NCBI RefSeq assembly: GCF_006345805.1
Contig: NW_021828011.1
Location: forward strand, 1 to 9,291
Direction of reading: 5' to 3'
Length of the DNA stretch: 9,291 nucleotides
Source of the DNA: Octopus sinensis
Lineage: Eukaryota
The notes beneath the pieces were generated by a model, which saw nothing but the letters and a program-made list of their open reading frames with translations, made no database searches and was not told the origin of the DNA. Made by a program: the position numbers and the translations under genes. The first letter of the stretch is position 1; every line of letters begins with the position of its first letter. Below, in pieces: positions 1-7,818 of the stretch.

Positions 1-1593
1 AACAGAACAGGGTAGGGTATAAAATTGCCAATAAAAAAATAAGCCATCTATTTTATATGGATGACTTAAAACTTTATGGTAAAGACAATAATGAACTTGA
101 AGGCCTATATTGCGCACCGTGGAAAGCATTCAGCGATGACGTCGGATGGAGTTTGGACTTAGAAGTGTGCCAAGGCCACTTTCCAGAAAGGGAAAGTGAA
201 GACCACAAATTCAGTCGTGTTAGATGTTGACACAGTCATAGAGAGCTTGAGCAAGAACAAACATACAAATATTTAGGGATAAATGAAGGCTCTGGTATTC
301 AGCATGCAAGCATGAAAGAGAAGATCAGGAAGGAATGTTATAGGAGAGTTCGTGCAGTCCTGAATCTGAACTAAATGCCATAACAAGGTTAGCTATAAAT
401 TCCTTAGCAGTTCCAGTTGTTACTTATAGCTACAATGTGTTGAACTGGAATATGAGTGAAGTAAAGAATATAGATAGGAAAATACGCAAGCTGCTGAGTT
501 GTAATAGGATGCACCACCCAAAGGCAGACGTAGATCGCCTTTACCTTCCCAGAGCCCAAGGAGGTCGAGGCCTGATCCAATTTTAACTAGCTACAAAACA
601 ACCCACAATTGGACAGGCCAATATCTCGAAATATCGAATGACTGGATGGTAAAGCTCGTGGAAAATCACGAGAGACGAAGAAGCTTCATTCTATCATAAA
701 GGAAGCAAAAAATTTGCTATTGATCTCGTGCAGGATACCCAAAACTGAAAACCCGAGGAAGTACGGCAATATTGTTGCAAAGAAGGTGAAAATGATGGCA
801 ACGAAAAAGCGCACGAGCAATTGGCTGATAGGTGGGAGGAGAAACCTCTGCACGGCAAATATGTGACCGCAGCAAACAAGCTGATGTTGACCAGAAGCAA
901 ACCCATCAGTGGCTACGGAGCTCAGGGCTAAAAGCAGAGTGCGAAGGTTTCATCCTGGCTGCTCAAGATCAAAGCCTATTAACCCGGAACTACCAGGCCA
1001 ATGTGATGAAAAATGGAGCAGACCCAAAATGCCAATTCTGCAATGACATGATTGAAACAGGGACCATCTAATCTCTGGATGTAAAGTCTTAGCACCAGTG
1101 GAGTATAAATTAAGACATGACAGAGTTGGCCAATATCTACACTGGCTAATAAGTCGGATTACATATCAAAACTGCCGACAAGTGGTATAATCACCACCCT
1201 GAGGCTGTAACTGAAGGAGAAAATGTAACCATTCTGTTGGACTTTCCAGTACATACAGACCGAACCATCAAGGCCAATAAACCAGATATTGTTGTGAAAG
1301 ACCAAAACAATAAAGTTTGCTTATTGATCGACATGAGCATCCCCTGTGATCATAATATCTCAGCGAAAGAGTTTGACAAGCTCAGAAAATATAAAGACCT
1401 ACTCATTGAAATTGAGAAAATGTGGCATCTCAAGGCGGTTATAATACCAGTGATCGTAGGAGCACTAGGAATGATCAAGAAGGGAACCGAAAATTATATG
1501 AGAATGATCCCTGGCTTACCATCCCTGCAAGAAGTGCAAAAGATTATCTTAACTGGTACATCACACGTATTGAGAAGAGCATTGTCGATGTGA
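1..1593 (+). pseudogene. Frameshifted reverse transcriptase / zinc knuckle / restriction-like endonuclease ORF of the LINE
   Basis: Manual translation across frames gives ISHLFYMDDLKLYG (39-80; YMDD 54-65), YKYLGI (264-281), MHHPKADVDRLYLPRAQGGRGL (509-574), WEEKPLHGKY (833-862), EGFILAAQDQ, CQFC (1030-1041)..H(1065)..C(1080), RHD (1113-1121), and KPDIVV..IDMSIP..KLRKY..IVGALG in ORF 1237-1593. Many 1-2 bp indels break the frame. Confidence 0.9.
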
Positions 1594-1782
1594 GAACTGT
1601 TGCTGCTCATGTATTTTAATTTAACTTAAAAAATTTTTTTTTTTTTAATTAAAAAAATGAACGAACTATTGAGTTTGGGTTAATGGCCTACCAATGTATA
1701 CTATGAGTTTCTTTGCCCTAGGAGTCGGGAAGACACTCGGCAAATTTGAAAGAAGAAAAAATAAGTAATAATAATAATAATA
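1..1782 (+). mobile_element. Non-LTR retrotransposon (LINE) with C-terminal restriction-like endonuclease, R4/Dong clade; 5' part lies outside the window
   Basis: Domain order RT - CCHC zinc knuckle - RHD - PD..D endonuclease, stop at 1591-1593, ~170-bp 3' UTR, then (TAA)5 at 1766-1780. This architecture and a (TAA)n 3' junction are typical of Dong-like R4-clade elements. Confidence 0.9.
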
Positions 1783-1860
1783 CTCTTTTAATTGTGTCTG
1801 TTATTTAACTGCGGCCATGCTAGAGCACCACCTTTAGAACTTATTCTTTGTAAGACCGCC
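1783..1860 (-). mobile_element. Short 3' fragment of a SINE/retroposon (tail family GGTGGTGC..AGCATGGCC.CAG)
   Basis: Reverse complement of 1809-1832 matches 6828-6851 at 21/24 positions. It ends in an A-rich tail (TAAAAGAG on the minus strand) and resembles a common octopus SINE 3' end as I recall it. Confidence 0.6.
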
Positions 1861-1866
1861 ACATTC

Positions 1867-1867
<1 letters not shown>

Positions 1868-1898
<31 letters not shown>

Positions 1899-1906
1899 TA
1901 TAATGA

Positions 1907-1938
<32 letters not shown>

Positions 1939-2016
1939 ATAATAATAATAATAATAATGATAATAATAACAATAGTAATGGTAATAATAATAATAATAAT
2001 AATGGTAATAATAATA

Positions 2017-2054
<38 letters not shown>

Positions 2055-2078
2055 GTAATAATAATAATGGTAATAATA
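1868..2078. repeat. Imperfect (TAA)n microsatellite
   Basis: ~210 bp of TAA units with scattered TGA/TGG/CAA variants. Confidence 0.97.
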
Positions 2079-2082
2079 GAAA

Positions 2083-2412
2083 GTGAGGGCGCGTGGCTTA
2101 GTGGTTAGGGCATTCGGCTCATGATCGTAAGGTTGTGAGTTCGATTCCCGGCGACGCGTTGTGTCCTTGAGCAAGACACTTTATTTCACGTTGCTCCAGT
2201 CCACTCAGCTGGCAAAAATGAGTTGTACTTGTACTTCAAAGGGTCAGCCTTGTCACTCTCTGTGTCACGCTGATTATCCCCGAGAACTACGTTAAGGGTA
2301 CACGTGTCTGTGGAATGCTCAGCCATTTGCACGTTAATTTCACGAGCAAGCTGTTCCGTTGATCGTATCAGCTGGGACCCTCATCGTCGTAACCGGCGGA
2401 GTCTTTTTTTTT
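2083..2412 (+). mobile_element. Full-length tRNA-derived SINE, family A (CORE-like central segment)
   Basis: A box TGGCTTAGTGG (2094-2104) and B box GTTCGATTCC (2139-2148). The segment GTGTCCTTGAGCAAGACACTT resembles the CORE-SINE motif. 12-bp TSD TAATAATAGAAA at 2071-2082 and 2413-2424. A second copy lies at 6924-7248. Confidence 0.92.
2094..2148 (+). promoter_or_regulatory. RNA polymerase III type-2 internal promoter (A and B boxes) of the SINE
   Basis: TGGCTTAGTGG and GTTCGATTCC fit the TRGCNNARYGG and GTTCRANNC consensus with tRNA-like spacing (34 nt between boxes). Confidence 0.8.
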
Positions 2413-2457
2413 TAATAATAGAAAAGATTAAGTTTTAAGTTTTTCAAGATAAAGTGT

Positions 2458-2646
2458 TTATGGAATTCTTTACGGCCAATAATTAATTTTTTACTACAAA
2501 TATATTAAAGATGTAATTGAAAAAAATTGAATAACCATACATATAATATGATTTGGAAATTGCTTATTGATTTTTCAATCGATGTTATTGTTATTCCATT
2601 GTCTATGACAGGTTTCAATGTATCTTGTCCGTAAGAAATTCCGTAA
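2458..2646. mobile_element. Candidate degenerate foldback element / MITE
   Basis: Outer inverted repeat 2458-2479 vs 2625-2646 (18/22). Nested inverted repeat 2516-2534 vs 2564-2579. Central hairpin CATAT-A-ATATG at 2540-2550. All are centred near 2545-2552. No clear TSD. Confidence 0.45.
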
Positions 2647-2689
2647 GGTTGTCTCAAAAGCATCGAGAACGAAAAACATCATTTATTCG

Positions 2690-2735
2690 TGTTTTTGCTT
2701 GTTTTGCTTGTTGGTTTGTTTGTTTGTTTGTTTGC
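2690..2735. repeat. (TTTG)n-type microsatellite
   Basis: Imperfect TTTG/TTGC units. Confidence 0.85.
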
Positions 2736-2802
2736 TTCGCCTGACCAAAACTAATTAAGTTATAAACACTTTGCTGCATAAATGGACGGACAGACGGACG
2801 TA

Positions 2803-2921
2803 TCCTCCTCCTCCTCCTCATCATCATCATCATCATCATCATTATCATCATCATCTTCATCATCAACGTCGTCGTCGTCGTCATCATCATCATTATCACC
2901 ATGATCATCATTCGCATCACC
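2803..2921. repeat. Compound trinucleotide microsatellite (TCC)n-(TCA)n-(TCG)n-(TCA)n
   Basis: Read directly from the sequence. Confidence 0.93.
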
Positions 2922-2944
2922 GTAGTTATCGTTGGTGTTACCTC

Positions 2945-2966
2945 ATATATATATATATATAGATAT

Positions 2967-3055
<89 letters not shown>

Positions 3056-3210
3056 CATATATATATATACACATATATATATATATAAACATATATAGAT
3101 ATACATATATATATCTATTAATATATATATAGTATTACATATCTATATACATATATATATATTGTATATACATATATATATCTATACATATGTATATGTA
3201 TATATATACA

Positions 3211-3246
<36 letters not shown>

Positions 3247-3450
3247 TGTACATACGTATATATGCATGTATATATATATGACGTATATATATATGCAATT
3301 ATATATGCCTCTCTCTACTATACATACACATATATACATATTCCTACGTAAATACACACATACACATATGCACCCCCACCCTACATATACATGCATATAT
3401 AATGTATAAACATAAATATTTATACATATATTTACATATATTTATACACA
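2945..3450. repeat. (TA)n / (TACA)n compound microsatellite and low-complexity tract
   Basis: Read directly; source of the poly-YI ORFs in the track. Confidence 0.95.
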
Positions 3451-3826
3451 AATCGACACTCGTCTGTTTGTTTTTTGTTTTTGTTTTGTTAGTGCGGAAG
3501 TACGTATGTGAGTGCATGAGCGTGTGTGTGTATAACCATTCACCTTCAAGTTTATGATCGAAGAAATCGTATTGCCATATAAAAACAAATGATCGGCGAT
3601 TAGTTATTGATTCCTGAATCGATGCATAATTGTATGACCGAAGCAGCGTCTGTACTTTGTCTATTCTTACGACAACTCTTCATTCAAGTATCAGCTGTTA
3701 TGAAATATATAAATGCATATTAAAAGATACTCGCCAAAACCACAGACTCATTTCGAACAATGAGAAATTATTGGGAGACCAATTCTAGAGGTCTTTGATG
3801 ATTTTTAACAAAATAGCACACGCAGA

Positions 3827-3827
<1 letters not shown>

Positions 3828-3858
<31 letters not shown>

Positions 3859-3874
3859 ACACACACACACACAC
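3828..3874. repeat. (CA)n microsatellite
   Basis: Near-perfect CA run with one interruption. Confidence 0.95.
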
Positions 3875-3959
3875 TTATACACAGTCATACAAATACGTGA
3901 ACACTCGATATTAAAATAGTTATGTTTTCCTTTGTTATACTAATGTTTGTTGCTTTTAT

Positions 3960-4035
3960 TGCTGTTGTCGTTGTTGTTTTTGTTGGTGGTGGTGGTATTA
4001 GTGGTGGCGGCGGTGGTGTAGACGTAGTTGTTTTT
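3960..4035. repeat. Compound (GTT)/(GGT)/(GGC) microsatellite
   Basis: Read directly from the sequence. Confidence 0.8.
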
Positions 4036-4047
4036 GCTATTATTTAT

Positions 4048-4105
4048 GTTGTTTAACCCCAGGTCATACGTGGTCAATCAGAACTTTGATTAAATGTGTA
4101 GCAGC
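4048..4105 (-). mobile_element. Possible degenerate 3' end of a retroposon with a (CAA)n tail
   Basis: Minus strand reads ..TGACCTGGGGTTAAACAAC and runs toward a CAA-rich tract. It resembles an octopus repeat tail from memory only. Confidence 0.3.
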
Positions 4106-4165
4106 AGTTTCCGCCTTGACATTGTGTACTTCGCACTACATTGTCGACTGTTTCCTTTAAAAAGC

Positions 4166-4225
4166 ATACACACTGACACACATACATAGAGACAGATAGA
4201 CAGAAAGGCAGAAAGACAGACAGAC
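4166..4225. repeat. (CA)/(GACA)n-like microsatellite
   Basis: Imperfect GACA/GATA/GAAA units. Confidence 0.8.
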
Positions 4226-4226
4226 C

Positions 4227-5360
4227 CATCATCGTAATCTATCGTCATTGTGTTTTTTCTATAAGTATTTCCATGATCTGGTGAACGTCCTTGTCCAGTA
4301 CCTTCTGTCAAAACCTTTAAACATGTCACCAGCTTCTCTTTTCAGGTACACCATTTCTCTGCCGAGCTTCTTGTTAGTGACAAAGCGATGGGAGAAGTAT
4401 GTCACCATTGGTGGTGGCTATATAGAGAAAGACTAATAATTATTCCAATTTTCTGTTCTCCGAGTCCATTGGAAGGTTTTTGATAGCTTTTTTTCTTCTT
4501 CTAAGAACTGCTGCAGTCTGGAACTGACTACGATCGTCCTCTTTCCAAATCCAGAACCGAATTGATAACATGGTGGGTCCTCTTCTTTATATTAGGCTGA
4601 AGTCTCAGACTCATTATCGAAATATATCTTAGCTCTTTTTCTTTTTTTCTCCTATAAATAATTCATATCAACTTTCTGGTCAGGTACCACTTTTCTTTCT
4701 AGGCTCATCATTGTTCTGTTGCGTTTCCTGTTAGTCATAAACCCTTCTGTCTTAATAATTTATTTCCTCGAATTTTGCTCTCTGAAACTTATTACCATTG
4801 TCTTCTTTCCAAATTCAGAACTGAGTCATTAACATGGCGGTTCTCTTCTTTCTTTTAGGTTGGAGTCTTTGGCTCATCATTGTAATATATATTTCTTTAC
4901 TACCCACAAGGGGCTACACACATAGTGGACAAACAAGGACAGACAAACGGATTAAGTCGATTATATCGACCCCAGTGCGTAACTGGTACATATTTAATCG
5001 ACCCCGAAAGGATAAAAGGCAAAGCCGACTTCGGCGGAATTTGGACTCAGAACGTAACGGCAGACGAAATACGGCTAAGCATTTCGCTCGGCGTGCTAAC
5101 GTTTCTGCCAGCTTGACGCCTTACATCATCGTAATATATCTGTGTTGTGTCATTTCTATAAGTATTTCCATGGCTATTGCTCTGATGAAATTGATCTATA
5201 GTTCCCATTTTCAAGACTTTAAAACCTGTCCCCTTTCCTCTTCTTAGGCACATTGAGTTTCTCTGTCAAGCTTCCTAATAGTCATAAACCCTCCTATTAT
5301 TAAAGACTCTTCCTCAAACCGTTTCTATCAGGAACCCACTACCGTTGTCTTGTTTTCTTC
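4227..5360. repeat. Diverged tandem repeat, three copies (~385, ~263 and ~240+ bp), third copy interrupted by a SINE
   Basis: Collinear anchors: CATYATYGWAATMTAT at 4227, 4612 and 4875/5124; TAGTSAYAAA near 4375, 4732 and 5279; GRAACYBAYTACSRTYGTCYT near 4520, 4784 and 5331. Extended similarity 4518-4628 vs 4782-4890. TTTCTATAAGTATTTCCATG is identical at 4256 and 5153. Confidence 0.75.
4891..5123 (-). mobile_element. tRNA-derived SINE, family B
   Basis: Minus strand reads GGCGTCAAGCTGGCAGAAACGTTAGC (A-box-like), GAGTCCAAATTCC (B-box-like), central GCCTTTTATCCTTTCGGGGTCGATTAAATATGTACC, and A-rich end GTAAAGAAAT. 16-bp TSD CATCATYGTAATATAT at 4875-4890 and 5124-5139 with one mismatch. Confidence 0.9.
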
Positions 5361-5529
5361 AAGTCTTTGATATTCATTCCTCTAAACTTTTTGTCAATCG
5401 ACACATTTCTGAATTTGTAGACCTCTTCCTTTCATTCTTTGCGGTCACTACGCCAGTGTGGCTTCAAGCCTTTTTGGGAACAAACTTACGTAACACATAC
5501 ACCTAAGCATATATCCATACAAGTGCGAA

Positions 5530-5790
5530 TATGTATATATGTATATGTACGTATATCCATCCATCCATCCATCCATCCATCCATACATACATACATACAT
5601 ACATATACATACAGACAGACATACATACATACATACCTACATACATACATACATACATACGACTATAACATACATACATACGTACATATATATATATATT
5701 ATATATAATATATATATATATATAGATATATATATATATATATATATATAAATATATGTAATATGTATATATATTGTATATATAACACAT
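5530..5790. repeat. Compound (TCCA)n-(TACA)n-(TA)n microsatellite
   Basis: Read directly from the sequence. Confidence 0.95.
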
Positions 5791-5864
5791 ATAAAGAGTA
5801 GCGAATGTTCGTTATAAATATAAATAACTAGATAAAAGTTTTTATTTTTCATTTACTTCGAAAA

Positions 5865-6344
5865 TTGCTATAAATCGTGGTTTTGGCCGTGTTGGCTACT
5901 ATTTCTAGCATGTAAAAATTACCTGGTAAAGGGTAGTTTTCTTTTGGGGTTAGGTGTACATTATTTTAGAATTTGCTTGTTATCAGTCGTAAGACACTTG
6001 TTGTTTTCACCGTTAATGCTTCTGTATTTCATGTTTCTGTATTCCATTATTGTTTTTTGTTTTTTTGTTTTTTTTATATGTCTGTCCCTTTGCTGTCCTG
6101 GTGTTCGTATGCATTCGACCTTCTTCCAGGAAATCTACGCTTCCAGCTTAGTTTTTCTAATGCTCGTTGCTTAGTTTTTTTGGAGGGCTGGCCGTGATCT
6201 AGTAATCTCAAGATTAATCAGCCGAAATACTACGCATGATCCGGTTCTTGACTGAAGACTGAGGGGTTCGAATGTCCTGTCCATGTTTATTGTATCGTCT
6301 TCTAAGAGTTATACGTTCTTGTCCATGTTGTATTTCTACATACC

Positions 6345-6348
<4 letters not shown>
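5865..6348. repeat. Unclassified probable interspersed repeat between TA-rich tracts
   Basis: Higher-complexity, T-skewed non-coding island ending abruptly at (TA)n. It resembles a recurrent octopus repeat from memory; no family motif verified. Confidence 0.35.
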
Positions 6349-6349
<1 letters not shown>

Positions 6350-6428
<79 letters not shown>

Positions 6429-6456
6429 GTAAATATGTATGTATATGTGTGTGTAT
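6350..6456. repeat. (TA)n microsatellite grading into TATG/TG
   Basis: Read directly from the sequence. Confidence 0.95.
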
Positions 6457-6804
6457 GTGAAGGCGCATGGATAGTAGTTAGAGGGTTGGGCTCACAATAA
6501 TGAGGAAGTGAGTGCGATTCTTGGACCGGGTTGTCTGTTGGGTTCTTCACCAAGACACTTTATTTCACTTGGCGTCTGTTCCTCAAATGTAGAAATGAGT
6601 TGCAACATCACTTGTGTCAAGCTGTATCAGCCTTCCTCCCTTTCTCCATTGATAATATCGGCGGCATAAAGAGGGGGGGCTGGCATGCATGGGTGACTGC
6701 TGGCCTGCCATAAGCTACCTTGCCCGGACTCGTGTCTCGGAGGGGAACATTTTAGGTGTAATCCCATGATAATCCATGATCAAAGTGGCTCTCTAGCCTA
6801 TCTT
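6457..6804 (+). mobile_element. Older, decayed tRNA-derived SINE, family C (head and core shared with family A, different 3' half)
   Basis: Head GAAGGCGCATGGATAGTAGTTAGAG with a decayed A box and decayed B box GAGTGCGATTC. CAAGACACTTTATTTCAC (6551-6568) is identical to 2172-2189, and AAATGAGTTG (6593-6602) equals 2216-2225. No similarity seen after that point. Confidence 0.8.
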
Positions 6805-6827
6805 TATATATATATATATATATATAT

Positions 6828-6890
6828 GGTGGTGCCCCAGCATGGCCACAGCTCGTGAGCTGAAACTAGATGAAAATAAAAAAAAAAATA
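6828..6890 (+). mobile_element. Heavily 5'-truncated retroposon 3' end with stem-loop and poly(A), embedded in (TA)n
   Basis: 21/24 match to the reverse complement of 1809-1832. Inverted repeat CAGCTC-GT-GAGCTG at 6849-6862 and A-rich tail at 6873-6888. (TA)n lies on both sides (6805-6827 and 6897-6923). Confidence 0.65.
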
Positions 6891-6892
6891 CT

Positions 6893-6923
<31 letters not shown>

Positions 6924-7247
6924 GGAGCACTCCGTCAGTTACGACGACGAGGGTTCCAGTTGATCCAATCAACGGAACAACTTGCTCGTAAAATTAATGT
7001 GAAAGTGGCTGAGCACTCCACAGACACGCGTACCCCTAACGTAGTTCTCATGGAGATTCAGCGTAACACAGTCTGTGACAAGGCTGGCCCTTTGAAATAC
7101 AGGTACAACTCATTTTTGCCAGCTGAGTGGACTGGAGCAACGTGAAAATAAAGCGTCTTGCTCAAGGACAGAACCCGTCGCCGGGAATTGAACTTATGAC
7201 CTTACGATCGTGAGCCAAATGCCCTAACCACTAAGCCACGCACCCTC

Positions 7248-7248
<1 letters not shown>
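6924..7248 (-). mobile_element. Full-length tRNA-derived SINE, family A (second copy, inverted relative to 2083-2412)
   Basis: Reverse complement is collinear with 2084-2402 over the whole length. A box TGGCTTAGTGG at 7228-7238 and B box GTTCAATTCC at 7184-7193. Confidence 0.92.
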
Positions 7249-7280
<32 letters not shown>

Positions 7281-7351
7281 TGTATGTATGTATGCATGCA
7301 TGCATTTATGTATGTATGTATGTATGCATGCATTTATGTATGTATGTATAT
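7249..7351. repeat. (TATG)n microsatellite with CATG variants
   Basis: Read directly from the sequence. Confidence 0.95.
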
Positions 7352-7663
7352 ATCACCATGATCACCGTGACCAACAAGGCTATCAGATGTTGCTACACAT
7401 CGCTGGTCACAATGCGCTTCGCATTGTTTTAGCCTTCAAATGACGTCATTCCGCTGGCTAAGCGAGCAGGCCAACAGAAGAAAGAGTGAGGGAAAGTTGT
7501 GGCGAAAGAGTACAGCAGGGATCGCCACCACCCCCTGCCGGAGCCTCATGGAGCTTTAGGTGTTTTCGCTCAATAAACACTCACAACGCCCGGTCTGGGA
7601 ATTGAAACCGCGATCCTCCGACCACGAATCCGCTGCCCTAACCACTGGGCTATTGCGCCTTCA
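7352..7663 (-). mobile_element. tRNA-derived SINE, family D
   Basis: Minus-strand head GAAGGCGCAATAGCCCAGTGGTTAGGGCAGCGG, with A box at 7642-7652 and B-box-like GTTTCAATTCC at 7598-7608. The 3' end is a short tandem tail (CACGGTGAT/CATGGTGAT). It resembles the octopus tRNA-Arg-derived OR-type SINEs; exact family not verified. Confidence 0.88.
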
Positions 7664-7740
7664 AAGAGGAAAAAAAAATTTTCGAATACTAAAAGTAGAC
7701 TAATTTGCTTCTATCAAAGTTACAAAATTATCACAAAGAC

Positions 7741-7757
7741 ATATTATATATAATGTA

Positions 7758-7818
<61 letters not shown>

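Noticed and set aside
2086-2160. Possible tRNA genes at SINE heads (also 7180-7248 and 7590-7663)
   Set aside because: A and B boxes are present, but I could not build a convincing cloverleaf. Each head continues into a SINE body, one with a TSD.
1788-2174. Poly-Ile/Tyr ORFs on both strands
   Set aside because: They are translations of the (TAA)n microsatellite and the SINE head.
2654-3396. His/Pro/Arg-rich and YI-repeat ORFs
   Set aside because: They derive entirely from compound microsatellites, with no complex coding flank or clear splice structure.
4834-5253. ORFs of 137, 63 and 68 aa, one with a hydrophobic N-terminus
   Set aside because: They run through a TSD-flanked SINE and are most simply chance open frames.
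5482-5493. Canonical minus-strand splice donor GTAAGT
   Set aside because: The would-be exon upstream is microsatellite sequence, so the motif is likely chance.
6175-6285. Hammerhead-ribozyme-like motifs (CTGAAGA at 6252-6258; stem plus GAAA at 6186-6227)
   Set aside because: The core elements are not in a compatible arrangement. CTGAAGA lacks a proper stem II and GAAA, and the GAAA-bearing stem lacks a preceding CUGANGA.
5439-6553. Several 60-95 aa ORFs, including hydrophobic ones at 5944-6197
   Set aside because: Explained by microsatellites and T-rich composition; no recognisable domain.
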